A DNA stretch of 64,000 bases, taken from the NCBI GenBank assembly GCA_030599585.1, contig JAUVNS010000003.1, positions 64,001 through 128,000 on the forward strand, read 5' to 3'. The translations under genes were made by a program, and so were the position numbers. Source of the DNA: Promethearchaeota archaeon. GTDB lineage: Archaea > Asgardarchaeota > Lokiarchaeia > Sigyniarchaeales > SOKP01. The notes beneath the pieces were generated by a model, which was given only the letters and a program-made list of their open reading frames with translations, was not told where the DNA came from and did not search any database. Below, one piece after another: positions 9,833 through 20,255 of the stretch (positions are counted from its first letter, which is position 1; every line of letters begins with the position of its first letter).

Positions 9833-11731
9833 TCAGTCCATAGAATTCTCCCTGTCGAAAAAAACTTCATAAAACAATTCTTTTTCTCCCGCCTCGGGAG
9901 GATTTATCTTCGTATAACCTCCTTTCCTTATAATTTGCACAGTACTTTTATTTTGAATGTGAATGTTTCCGTAAAATCCTTTTATGCCCTTTTCCTTTGC
10001 TATAATTATAAGATGTTGGTATAAGAATGATCCTAACCCCTTCCCTCGATAGTCCTCCCTGACTAAAAAGCTATATTCTGCCATATTTAGCTTAGGATTT
10101 AAGTAATAAGTCGCGTTACCGACCATTTCCTCTTTTCTTACATCACCGATAAAAGCTCCAATTGAAAAAACATTGTTATAATCAATATTAACTTCGTTTT
10201 GCGTCTTTGAATGGGTGAATTCTTTTCTAACTTCGAAAAATCGCAAATATCGATCTGTTTCATTTAAAGAATAATACAAATCTTTTAATAGCGACTCATC
10301 TGTAGTCTTTACTGGGCGAATTTGAATCTTCTCTCCTCCTCTTAGAGTAGATATGGTCACATACTCTGAAGGGTATCTGCAAATTCGTCCTTCTTCGTCG
10401 CATGGTAAAATCTGATCAGAATAAACATATTTCAACTTTTTAGCTTCATCTAACAGCCATTGACGAAAATCAGGATGAGCGACGCATATTAATTCGAGCA
10501 CTCGCTCTCTAATCGTCTTTCCATGAAGATAAGCTACTCCCCATTCAGTTACGACATAATGTGCATCTCCTCGAGATAACATTACTCCCGCACCTTCATC
10601 TAGATGAGGTAAAATCCGGGATTTTTTACCATCACGAGAGACGGATGGCATAATTATTATGGGTTTCCCTCCTTTAGAAAAAGCAGCACCTCTCATAAAA
10701 TCGATGGTCTCTCCTATGCCATTATAGAATCCATATCCTTCAGTTGCTGCGTTTACTTGTCCCGTAAGATCAATTTGTCGAGCTGAGTTGATTGAAACCA
10801 TTTTCTTATTCATTCCTATATACCTAGGATTACATACATAGTCTGAGGGGTAGAATTCGATGTAGGGATTATTATCTACAAAATCGTACAACTTTTTGCT
10901 TCCCAGAGCGAAACTTGTAATAATTTTTTCAGGATGAAAGTTTTTTTTTCTGCTAGTCAATACCCCTTGTTCGATTAAAGGAATAACATTGTCCGTAATA
11001 TAAAGTGAATGCATTCCTAAGTCTTTTTTATCCACTAAAAATTTCAATGCAGCGTTTGGTAAATCGCCAAATCCCACATGAATAGTTGATTTATTTTCTA
11101 TAATATTTGATAAATTTCTTCCTATTTTTTCGGCAATTTCGTCCGGTTCATCGAAATGAAATTCTAACAAAGGTACGTCGTTAACAACAAAATGATCAAT
11201 TTCTTTCATGTGAATAAAACTATTACCTAACGTTCTTGGCATTTGAGGATTCATCTCAACAATGTTTAAAAAAGCTGATTGTGCTAAAGGTTTTGCTATG
11301 TCCACATTAATCCCAAGAGAACAGAATCCATAAGAATCAGGGGGTGTAGCTTGTATAAGAGCAACATCAATATGTTTTCTACCCGTTAAAAATAGTTTGG
11401 GTATTTCACTTGCGTATATAGGAGTATAATCGGCTTGTCCTTTATTAATTTCCTCGCGAAGAGTTTTTCCAATGAATAGTGCATTATGTCTAAAGAGATC
11501 TTCAATTTTATCTTTGAAATATTTCTCTGGGCCAATAGTTAAGAAATGAAGTATTTCAGTATCTATTAACTTCTCAGATTGCTTTATCAATTCTGAAGTG
11601 AGTAATTGTGGTCTCGAGCATCCAGAACCTATAAAAACTCTATTGCCTGGTATAATTTTTTTTATCGCATCCTCAGCAGTAATCTCCTTATCCTTCCACT
11701 TTTCCCGCCATTCTCCATTTGATGAGTCCAT
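9833..11731 (-). CDS. Acetyl-CoA hydrolase/CoA-transferase-family domain (catalytic Glu absent) fused to a Pat-type GNAT acetyltransferase
   Basis: Colinear with 4-hydroxybutyrate CoA-transferases (KLYDFVDNNP, SINSARQIDLTGQV, YVVTEWGVAYLHGKT, AHPDFR). C-terminal GNAT has IRPV...DRYLRFF and YRGKGLG. Confidence 0.88.
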   Translation of the reverse strand: MDSSNGEWREKWKDKEITAEDAIKKIIPGNRVFIGSGCSRPQLLTSELIKQSEKLIDTEILHFLTIGPEKYFKDKIEDLFRHNALFIGKTLREEINKGQADYTPIYASEIPKLFLTGRKHIDVALIQATPPDSYGFCSLGINVDIAKPLAQSAFLNIVEMNPQMPRTLGNSFIHMKEIDHFVVNDVPLLEFHFDEPDEIAEKIGRNLSNIIENKSTIHVGFGDLPNAALKFLVDKKDLGMHSLYITDNVIPLIEQGVLTSRKKNFHPEKIITSFALGSKKLYDFVDNNPYIEFYPSDYVCNPRYIGMNKKMVSINSARQIDLTGQVNAATEGYGFYNGIGETIDFMRGAAFSKGGKPIIIMPSVSRDGKKSRILPHLDEGAGVMLSRGDAHYVVTEWGVAYLHGKTIRERVLELICVAHPDFRQWLLDEAKKLKYVYSDQILPCDEEGRICRYPSEYVTISTLRGGEKIQIRPVKTTDESLLKDLYYSLNETDRYLRFFEVRKEFTHSKTQNEVNIDYNNVFSIGAFIGDVRKEEMVGNATYYLNPKLNMAEYSFLVREDYRGKGLGSFLYQHLIIIAKEKGIKGFYGNIHIQNKSTVQIIRKGGYTKINPPEAGEKELFYEVFFDRENSMD

Positions 11732-11850
11732 ATTCTACACTTTAAGGCTCTAATTTTATTTTGTTTAAAATTTTCCTTTATTATCAAAAATAGTTAAGTC
11801 CTATATCTTTAATATTTTTACTTTAACTTTTTAAGGTAATTCTCTTGGAA

Positions 11851-12156
11851 TTACCTGTTTTTAAAAACTACTGAAAAATAAATAACTCCACTGCCAGAAA
11901 TAACACACCAAATCAATGAAGGGATTAAAAAAACAAGGCGCTGCTCAAAATCTACGGACGGGGAAATTATGTTAAAAATTATTGATAATAATGACGAAAT
12001 AAACATAAACCCCCCAAAAAAGATCATGAATATAATAATAAGTGATTTCGAACTCTTCTTTCTACTCTCAATCATGACACAATTAGCACAAATTCCTATC
12101 TTTTCCTCAAAACCACCCTCGACGAGTTCTTGATCGCAAACTTCGCAATTTAACAT
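11851..12156 (-). CDS. Small Zn-finger membrane protein (two CxxC motifs, two TM helices)
   Basis: CEVC...CANC followed by two hydrophobic helices. Confidence 0.65.
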   Translation of the reverse strand: MLNCEVCDQELVEGGFEEKIGICANCVMIESRKKSSKSLIIIFMIFFGGFMFISSLLSIIFNIISPSVDFEQRLVFLIPSLIWCVISGSGVIYFSVVFKNR

Positions 12157-12544
12157 TATTCTTACTCCATATTATAATTAAATAAAAAGATTATACGATT
12201 ATTTAAAATTCTATTCAAATGAAAACGAATCTTTTCAATAAATTAAAGATTTTCTAATCGATTTATTTTTAATAATTATTAATAAAATTAATCTCTATAA
12301 CTCATAAACAAACTCTAAAAAGAGATTTTGAAAAAAACTTACTTCTCCCATTCCTTAATAAATTAAAGATAAAATGTTTAAATTGAATTCGAAATATTTA
12401 CTCCATGACTTAATACAACCATTTAATTTCTAAAAATTTAAATGTGATGAGAAGGAAAAGAAATCTTTAAAGTTTTTTAAGAATTTAATAAACCAAGAAA
12501 TTTAATTATACAAATTAAGTAGAAATTCAAATTAGTGAAATGTA

Positions 12545-14527
12545 ATGTCAAAAGAAGATAACAAAATGAGAAGTGTTCTAACTGAAAATCGAATTTTTGA
12601 CCCTGTAGAAGTCAGCCCCGAATATGCTAAGACTGGAATGTCAATGGACGAATATAAAAAACTCTACAAGCAATCCATCGAAGATATGGAAGGATTCTGG
12701 GGAGAACAAGCAAAATCGCTTGATTGGTTCAAACCTTACGATAAAGTGTGGGAAAAAACCGATCTCTTTCCGGGAAAATGGTTTGTGGGCGGAAAACTCA
12801 ATGTTTCTTATAATTGTATTGATAGACATGTGAACGCTGGAAATGGAGATCGCATTGCTATCATATGGGAAGCAGACGAGCCCGGTCAAGTAAGAAAATT
12901 TACTTACAACGAGCTTTTAAAAGAAGTAAGTAAAGTCGCTAACGCTATGAGGAGTAAAGGACTTAAGAAGGGTGATAGAGTCACAATATGGTTGCCGATG
13001 ATTCCTGAGTTAGCTATTATTATGCTGGCTTGCACTCGAATTGGTGTCATTCACTCCATCGTCTTCGGTGGTTTCTCAAAAGAAGCTGTCAAAGATAGAA
13101 TCGAAGACTCTGATTCGCGCTTATTATTTACTAGCGATGAAACCTTAAGGGCTGGTAAAACTTATCCTAAAATGGCTGATGTCGTTAAAATAATAGATAA
13201 AGTTCCAACAATTGAACATGTTATTGTCGTTAAACGAACAGGGAACGAGGTCCCTCACACTGATAAAGATATTTGGTACCACGACTTTATAGATGGCGTG
13301 AGTGAAGAATGTGAACCTGAACAAATGGATTCGGAAGATACCTTATTTATACTCTATACAAGCGGAACCACCGGAAAACCTAAAGGCGTTAACCATACAA
13401 CAGCAGGTTATATTCTTCATACATCATTTACTCATAGAGTCGTATTCAACTACAAGGAAGGCGAAATTTGGTATTGTACAGCAGACATAGGTTGGATAAC
13501 GGGTCATAGTTATATCGTATATGGTCCTTTAGCCAATGGAGCAACAACTCTAATGTTTGAAAGCGTACCGACTTATCCCAACGTCGATAGATTTTGGGAT
13601 ATCGTGGAACGCCACAAGGTCAACCAATTTTATACCGCTCCAACCGCCATACGTGCCCTTATGAGACACGGTGATGAGCCCGTTAATAGACACGATTTAA
13701 GCTCTTTAAAAGTTCTCGGGACCGTAGGAGAACCGATAAACCCAGAAGCATGGACTTGGTACCATAGAGTTGTGGGAAAAGAACGATGTCCGATTGTAGA
13801 CACCTACTGGCAAACTGAAACGGGAGGTTTTATTATGACTCCTATAGCTACGGCAACCCCAACAAAACCTGGATCATGTTGCTTGCCTTTCCTTGGTATT
13901 AAACCCATAATTTTCGATTTGGAAGGTGACGAGATCACCGAAGCAAACGAAGGTGGCTATTTTGCAATAGGACAACCATGGCCAGGAATGTTAAGAGATG
14001 TTTGGGGAGATACAGAGAGATTTAAATCTACATATCTCGAAAAATACCCCGGATATTATTACACTGGTGATGGAGCACGACGAGATGACGATGGTTATTA
14101 TTGGATACTCGGACGATTGGACGACGTTATAAAAGTATCCGGACACCGCATAGGAACAATGGAAGTGGAATCTGCTTTAGTGAGTCATCCAAAAGTAGCT
14201 GAAGCTGCTGTTGCACCTTTTCCACATAAAATAAAAGGGCAAGCTATTTGGGCGTTCGTGACATTAATGGGTGGAGTCGAAAAATCAGCCAAATTATCGA
14301 AAGAGCTTCGAATGCATGTTAGACAAGAGATTGGGCCTGTATTTCAGCCAGATGTTATTCAATTTGCTGACGCCTTACCAAAGACGAGAAGCGGTAAGAT
14401 TATGCGCAGGATTCTTAAAGCCATAGCTTCAGGAACAGAAATCGGTAATGTTACGACCTTAGCAGATCCTTCAGTAGTCGATGTTTTGCTTGAAGAGCGT
14501 AAGAAAATGGATGTCGAAGTAGGTTAA
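12545..14527 (+). CDS. acs: AMP-forming acetyl-CoA synthetase
   Basis: YTSGTTGKPKG, DIGWITGHSY, VGEPINPEAW, DTYWQTETGG, LPKTRSGKIMRR. Confidence 0.96.
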   Translation: MSKEDNKMRSVLTENRIFDPVEVSPEYAKTGMSMDEYKKLYKQSIEDMEGFWGEQAKSLDWFKPYDKVWEKTDLFPGKWFVGGKLNVSYNCIDRHVNAGNGDRIAIIWEADEPGQVRKFTYNELLKEVSKVANAMRSKGLKKGDRVTIWLPMIPELAIIMLACTRIGVIHSIVFGGFSKEAVKDRIEDSDSRLLFTSDETLRAGKTYPKMADVVKIIDKVPTIEHVIVVKRTGNEVPHTDKDIWYHDFIDGVSEECEPEQMDSEDTLFILYTSGTTGKPKGVNHTTAGYILHTSFTHRVVFNYKEGEIWYCTADIGWITGHSYIVYGPLANGATTLMFESVPTYPNVDRFWDIVERHKVNQFYTAPTAIRALMRHGDEPVNRHDLSSLKVLGTVGEPINPEAWTWYHRVVGKERCPIVDTYWQTETGGFIMTPIATATPTKPGSCCLPFLGIKPIIFDLEGDEITEANEGGYFAIGQPWPGMLRDVWGDTERFKSTYLEKYPGYYYTGDGARRDDDGYYWILGRLDDVIKVSGHRIGTMEVESALVSHPKVAEAAVAPFPHKIKGQAIWAFVTLMGGVEKSAKLSKELRMHVRQEIGPVFQPDVIQFADALPKTRSGKIMRRILKAIASGTEIGNVTTLADPSVVDVLLEERKKMDVEVG

Positions 14528-14554
14528 ATTATTTTTTTTATTTCTTTTTATTTT
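14528..14554 (+). terminator. Probable archaeal oligo-T terminator after acs
   Basis: ATTATTTTTTTTATTTCTTTTTATTTT immediately after the stop codon. Similar T tracts follow many genes in the window. Confidence 0.5.
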
Positions 14555-14606
14555 AAATGAACAAGAATAAGCTGATTCGTAGCATTTGGAAACGAAGAAT
14601 AATCCC

Positions 14607-16148
14607 CTATATGAGTTTATTCAAGAAAGTTACCAAAAATTTCCAAATTTTTAGAACACTACTAACTTTTAAACGCTCATCTGTAGAATGAGCTCCTAAG
14701 ATAGTTGGTCCGATGGCTATTATTTCTAATTGAGGATTATGTTTTTTAAAATCCGCACATTCCAAGCCTGCATGAATTGCCTCTATATTTATGTCTTCTC
14801 CAAAGATTTCTCTATATGTATTTTTAGCGATATTTGAAATCTTAGAATTAAAATCTGGAGCCCATTCTGGACCACCTTGATAATTGTAAAATTTATATCT
14901 CAACCCCGAAAGCTCTAGTAACGAATTCACTTTTTCATGGAGCATTTTTATTCCGTATTGACTGAAACTTCTATAACATATGCCAAATTCAATTCTAGAC
15001 CTCATTGATCGAATGGGGCCGATATTATTTGAAGTATGTACTAGATCTCGTTTTTGTGAGTGAAAACAATATGGGCCATACGGCATTAAATATAAAATAT
15101 TTAAGAGTTTATTTTGGCAATCCTTGGAGAAGTAAGTATAATCTGTGAAATCCTTTAATTCTTCTAAGGAAATTACTATATTTTTTTCAATTCCTTTGAA
15201 GTGATGTTGGATATTACTACATATTTTCATGACTTGATCTTTGATTTCAGAATAATTTCCTCTCTCAATAAATACGGTAGCTTCAGAGTTTTTAGAAATA
15301 GATGTTTCCCACGATCCACCTTTAAATGAATTAAGATAAATTTTATCTTCTCTATTTAATTTCCAAAGGAGTTGAGTAAGAATTTTTATTGGATTTGCTC
15401 TACCTTCATGTATATCACCTCCAGAGTGGCCACCAACTAATCCCTTTACAGATATTTTTACTGGTAATAAAATCTCTTTTTCTTCAGCTAAGGAGATTCT
15501 TTTCATTTTTATACCAGCTTTATAAACCATAAAGGCAGCACTCCCTATTGTAAATACATTTTCCTTTTCAGAATCGAGATTTATTAAATAATCTCCTTTT
15601 AATAGGTCTTTATTTATAAAAATAGCACCCTCACCACCCCATTCTTCGCTAACAGTAAATAACAATGTAATGTCAGTAAAATCATAATTTAACTCTTTCT
15701 CGTGAATCTTCTTCATTAAGGTTAGCTGGTATGCGATACCAACCCCATCATCTGCTCCTAATGTTGTTCCTTTAGCAGTAATCCATTTTTCGTTATCAAT
15801 CTCATACAATTGTAAATTCAAAGGATCTTTTGAAAAATCGTGTTCAACTGTATCATCTTTTACATATACCATATCCATATGACTTTGTATAATTATCTTA
15901 GTATGATTAGTTAAGGCCTTATTCGTAGAAGGAATCATAACTGCAATATTTTTTATCTCATCGATTATCGTTTGAAACCCGAATTTGTCTGCTTCATTTT
16001 TTATAAATTCTCTGATTTGATCTTCTTTACATGAGTCTCGTGGGATTTTACTAACTTTTTTAAAATAATCCCAAAAATCTGCTGGTTCACCTAATTCTTT
16101 TAAATTCTGTAGGTTTTTCCTACTTAAATTTGATTTCATTCTCATCAA
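14607..16148 (-). CDS. pepD: PepD-like aminoacyl-histidine dipeptidase (M20C)
   Basis: QSHMDMV, GTTLGADDG, SEE, NLDSE, HAGLEC, AHSTDE. Confidence 0.88.
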   Translation of the reverse strand: MMRMKSNLSRKNLQNLKELGEPADFWDYFKKVSKIPRDSCKEDQIREFIKNEADKFGFQTIIDEIKNIAVMIPSTNKALTNHTKIIIQSHMDMVYVKDDTVEHDFSKDPLNLQLYEIDNEKWITAKGTTLGADDGVGIAYQLTLMKKIHEKELNYDFTDITLLFTVSEEWGGEGAIFINKDLLKGDYLINLDSEKENVFTIGSAAFMVYKAGIKMKRISLAEEKEILLPVKISVKGLVGGHSGGDIHEGRANPIKILTQLLWKLNREDKIYLNSFKGGSWETSISKNSEATVFIERGNYSEIKDQVMKICSNIQHHFKGIEKNIVISLEELKDFTDYTYFSKDCQNKLLNILYLMPYGPYCFHSQKRDLVHTSNNIGPIRSMRSRIEFGICYRSFSQYGIKMLHEKVNSLLELSGLRYKFYNYQGGPEWAPDFNSKISNIAKNTYREIFGEDINIEAIHAGLECADFKKHNPQLEIIAIGPTILGAHSTDERLKVSSVLKIWKFLVTFLNKLI

Positions 16149-16427
16149 ACATCTTTAAAATGTCGCTAAGGATAAAACAATATTTAGATATTTAACATTT
16201 TTCCTTTGATATTTTAGAATTTTTTAAATCTTCAAGGAAAACATCCTTTTTCTTTAGAGGAAAATAAAAATCATCAATTAAGTAAAGAAATAAAAAACTT
16301 ATTAAGCGTGTATGAACGCGTTTATTGGGCTTTTTAACTTATTATTCATTTTACTTCTAGATTAAGAAGTTGTTTCATTTTACCAATTTTTATTTATCAC
16401 ATATAAGGCTGGTAGGGGTTATCCTTC

Positions 16428-18206
16428 ATGAATTTAGAACGAAAAAAGTACAAAAGTTATAAATCGTGGCTCCTTCACCATCTTTACAAAAATAAAATCT
16501 TGATATTTTTTGTTATAATTGGTATTATAATTGTTACTTTTACCAGAACTCTCATACCTATAATTATTGGAGAGATCGTAGATGATGCTCTAATTGCCCT
16601 TGATTACGATAAATTCATAACGCTTCTTATTATCGGGTTAGTAATTTATCTCATCCGTAATGTTATAGATTATTCAACGATGATGACTGGCCACTATTTA
16701 GGTTTGAAAACCGAGCAGAATATGAGGCAGGAGTTTTTTGAGAATATCCAACATAAACCTTTAAGATATCACGATAGTGCTAAAGCTGGGGATTTGCAAG
16801 CCCTCGCGACTAATGATGTACGCATAATCAATGCGATGATTGCCCATGGAGCTTTTTTTTTCTATCCATTCTTTCAGGTGACAATGACTTTAATCCTCAT
16901 TATTACTACTCTAGATTTAAGATTAGCTTTAGTATGTATTCCTTTTGTTTTTTTTTATATATTCTTCATTTTACGTTATCGTAGAAAAATTGCACCGTTT
17001 GCTGCTAAAAGGTTAAGAAAGCATTCAAATTTAGCAGTTGTATTGCAAGATAGCATAACAGGTGCTTCTGTAGTCAGATCTTTTGCTGCGGAAGGTTTTG
17101 AACGAAAAAAATTTAAGAAAGCAGTAAATGCTTTTAGAGATAACTCTATTGGAGAATATTTAGTGCAAGCAAAATATTTTCCCCTGTTAGCTCTTTACAT
17201 ATCTATAGGAATCACGGCTATTTTTAGCATTTTATTTGTATTTCAGAACACATTAACCATTGGAGAATTAGTTGCTACGAATCTGCTTTTAATTACCCTC
17301 GTAGATCCAACTAATCTGATCTGGTGGGCTACTAATGATATGATGAGTGGGTTTGCAGCTTGCTCCCGCGTGTTCACTTCACTTTCTGTTGATGATAACG
17401 AGGATCAAAAAATCGAGAATCAATCATGGCCGAAGGAGTTCAAAGGAAAAATAGAATTTAGAGATGTAACTTTTTCATATGAAAATGGAGAAAGAAATCG
17501 ATCTCCGGTCCTGAAAAACCTCAATTTCACTATCGAACCAAACCAAAAAGTTGCTCTTGTTGGTCCCACAGGGTGTGGCAAAACAACGATCGCAAAATTG
17601 CTCCTCCTCCTTTACGAGCCCCAACAAGGGAGTATTTTCCTAGATGGAAAAAATATTCATGATTATCCCCTAGCAGAATTAAGAAGAAAAATCGGCTATA
17701 TCGAGCAAGACATTTACCTGTTCTCGCAAACTATATATGAAAATATCGCTTTTGGAAACCAAAATGCTGGACACGACGAAATATTGGACATCGCAAAACT
17801 TGCTCAAGTTGATGATTTCGTCCAAAATTTCTCTGATGAATACAATACTATTGTAGGTGAGAGAGGTACGCGACTTTCTGGAGGGGAAAAACAGCGAGTG
17901 GCTATTGCTCGAGCTTTTCTAACTAACCCTGCTATTTTAATACTCGACGATTCTGTTTCTGCGATCGATAGTGAAACGGAGGAGAAGATTGGTCGAGCAA
18001 TGGAAACGATAATGAAGAAACGAACTACTCTAATAATAACTCATCGCCTTCATACTATAAGGACATCAGATAAGATTTTAGTTTTCAAACACGGAAGGAT
18101 TGTAGCTGAAGGAAATCACACAGAACTATTTCAATCGTCTGAAGATTACAGACGAATCTTTGGGAAACGAGATTCTTTATCAGATTTTAAAGTAAATAAC
18201 ACTTGA
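16428..18206 (+). CDS. Heterodimeric ABC exporter, TMD-NBD subunit with degenerate Walker B
   Basis: GPTGCGKT, LSGGEKQR, ILILDDS (Walker B Glu replaced by Asp); N-terminal TM domain. Confidence 0.93.
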   Translation: MNLERKKYKSYKSWLLHHLYKNKILIFFVIIGIIIVTFTRTLIPIIIGEIVDDALIALDYDKFITLLIIGLVIYLIRNVIDYSTMMTGHYLGLKTEQNMRQEFFENIQHKPLRYHDSAKAGDLQALATNDVRIINAMIAHGAFFFYPFFQVTMTLILIITTLDLRLALVCIPFVFFYIFFILRYRRKIAPFAAKRLRKHSNLAVVLQDSITGASVVRSFAAEGFERKKFKKAVNAFRDNSIGEYLVQAKYFPLLALYISIGITAIFSILFVFQNTLTIGELVATNLLLITLVDPTNLIWWATNDMMSGFAACSRVFTSLSVDDNEDQKIENQSWPKEFKGKIEFRDVTFSYENGERNRSPVLKNLNFTIEPNQKVALVGPTGCGKTTIAKLLLLLYEPQQGSIFLDGKNIHDYPLAELRRKIGYIEQDIYLFSQTIYENIAFGNQNAGHDEILDIAKLAQVDDFVQNFSDEYNTIVGERGTRLSGGEKQRVAIARAFLTNPAILILDDSVSAIDSETEEKIGRAMETIMKKRTTLIITHRLHTIRTSDKILVFKHGRIVAEGNHTELFQSSEDYRRIFGKRDSLSDFKVNNT

Positions 18207-18218
18207 AGAGGTACCATA

Positions 18219-20039
18219 ATGGGACTTTATGCCGGAATGAGGAACGAGGAACAGAAACGAGAATATTCTGATCGTGAACTTTTGGTTAGGTATATCAAGG
18301 GTGTTGCACCGTTTAGGAAAAGCATAGGACTAATTTCATTGTTTATCTTTGTATCTGCTATAGCAGAAACCATAAATCCTCTTTTAATTGGAATTGCAAT
18401 TGACGAACTTTCTGGTAGTCGCCGTAATCCTCTGATTATATTGGGAGTAGGGGGATTGTATTTTATTATAACTATTCTACTTTGGATAATGTTTTTCTTA
18501 CGACGTAAAGAAATTGGAAAGTTTGTTCCTTATTTTTTAGAAAAGCTAAGAATGAACATATTTGATAAACTACAAGAACAAGATATGAGCTTTTTCGATA
18601 AACATCTGAGCGGTCAACTAAATACTAGAGTTTCTAACGATGCTTTAGACTTTGGTAATACAACACTCTTATTAGCAGATACTTTTGGCAACCTTCTTAT
18701 AAGTTTGTTGACCTTTGGAATGCTTGTATGGCTTAATCTGACACTAGCTCTCTATACATTGATAGCTATTCCTTTTATCTTTTTATTAGTTCTATCTCTA
18801 AGGCGAATAGTAAAAATAGTTAGTAGAACGTACCGAAAAGCGATTGGCAGTGTAAATGCCGCTATGGTTGAATCAATTGAAGGAATTCATGTAAGTAAAA
18901 GCTATGGACAGGAATCTACGGTTTCTAGGCAATTTCAAGAAACTAACAGGGAATATTTCAAAGCGGGATTTAGAGTAACTGCCGTAACTCATATGTGGAG
19001 ACCTCTCCTGGAAACAATAGCGTCCATTACGCTCATTGCTATTATTTTTCTTGGAGGTCAATTTGTTTTTCAAGGGATAACTAATCCCGGAACAATTTTT
19101 ATCTTTATTCTTTATCTTCAGAAATTTTTCCGGCCTATAATGGTCCTCTCCGTATTTTTCCCTCACCTTAGCCAAGGAATGGCTGCATATGAGCGAATAT
19201 TAGATGTTATTGATTCAGAGCCAAATGTAAGACAAAATCCAAACGCGATTAATATTGAGACTTTGGAAGGAGAAATTGTTTTCAAAGATATTGACTTCTG
19301 CTATAGAGAAGGTGGGTGGGTATTTAAAGGATTAAGTCTACACATAAAAAAGGGAGAAAAAATAGCTATAGTGGGCCACACCGGGGCTGGGAAAACTTCA
19401 TTAGTATCACTTTTAGCTCGATATTATGAGTTTCAAGGGGGATCGATCAAAATTGATGGTAATGACATTAGGGACATCACTTTAAATTCTTACAGAAGAA
19501 ATCTAGGCAATGTACAGCAAGAGGTTTTTTTGTTTTCAGGTACTATTGAAGAAAATATTCGATACGGCAGACAAGAGGCATCAGAAGAGGATCTTTGGAA
19601 AGCTATTAAAACTGTACACCTTGAGGAACTAATCGAGTATCTACCTGAAGGGTTGCAAACAGTCATCGGTGAGAGAGGAAAAGGACTGTCAGCAGGACAA
19701 CAACAACTAGTTAGTTTTGCTCGAGCAATATTGTCTGATCCGAGGATTCTCGTTCTTGACGAAGCCACCTCGAGCGTTGACGCTTATACCGAAGCGATTA
19801 TTCAAGAGGCTTTAGAGGAGCTTTTATCTAATAGAACCTCTATTATAATAGCTCATAGGCTCTCAACTATCGTGAATGCTGATCGGATAATCGTAATGGA
19901 TAATGGTAAAATTGTTGAAGAGGGAACTCATAAATCTCTGCTCATACAAGGAGGAAAATATGCCACTCTGTATAAACAATATTTTGAACATCAAAGTCTA
20001 GATTGGGAGCCAAATCGTGAGTCTCTTACGATTGAATGA
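18219..20039 (+). CDS. Heterodimeric ABC exporter, TMD-NBD subunit with canonical Walker B
   Basis: GHTGAGKT, LSAGQQQ, ILVLDEATS, AHRLST; GAGGT Shine-Dalgarno-like motif upstream. Confidence 0.93.
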   Translation: MGLYAGMRNEEQKREYSDRELLVRYIKGVAPFRKSIGLISLFIFVSAIAETINPLLIGIAIDELSGSRRNPLIILGVGGLYFIITILLWIMFFLRRKEIGKFVPYFLEKLRMNIFDKLQEQDMSFFDKHLSGQLNTRVSNDALDFGNTTLLLADTFGNLLISLLTFGMLVWLNLTLALYTLIAIPFIFLLVLSLRRIVKIVSRTYRKAIGSVNAAMVESIEGIHVSKSYGQESTVSRQFQETNREYFKAGFRVTAVTHMWRPLLETIASITLIAIIFLGGQFVFQGITNPGTIFIFILYLQKFFRPIMVLSVFFPHLSQGMAAYERILDVIDSEPNVRQNPNAINIETLEGEIVFKDIDFCYREGGWVFKGLSLHIKKGEKIAIVGHTGAGKTSLVSLLARYYEFQGGSIKIDGNDIRDITLNSYRRNLGNVQQEVFLFSGTIEENIRYGRQEASEEDLWKAIKTVHLEELIEYLPEGLQTVIGERGKGLSAGQQQLVSFARAILSDPRILVLDEATSSVDAYTEAIIQEALEELLSNRTSIIIAHRLSTIVNADRIIVMDNGKIVEEGTHKSLLIQGGKYATLYKQYFEHQSLDWEPNRESLTIE

Positions 20040-20166
20040 ATTTACTCTTAACGAAATTATTTGAATCCACATTTACTTCAATGTTTTTCATTAAATTCAT
20101 CGTAGACTCATGAATCATTAGAATTTCATCATCATCTAGGACTCTAAGCAGATTAAGTTTCTTACT
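20026..20166 (-). pseudogene. Probable 5' relic of an MttB-superfamily (trimethylamine/glycine-betaine:corrinoid) methyltransferase gene
   Basis: 46-codon open frame with no start codon at its 5' end: SKKLNLLRVLDDDEILMIHESTMNLMKNIEVNVDS. It resembles the MttB N-terminal pattern LxVLxxxxIxxIHExSxxxLxxxGVxVxS. A TATA-like TATATAAA lies upstream. Confidence 0.5.
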
Positions 20167-20255
20167 AAATCACATCTCAAAATGCATTTATGTAGCTTTT
20201 TTTATATATCAACAAAAAAATGTAAAAATTAAAAAAAAAAACTAATCTTTATTTT

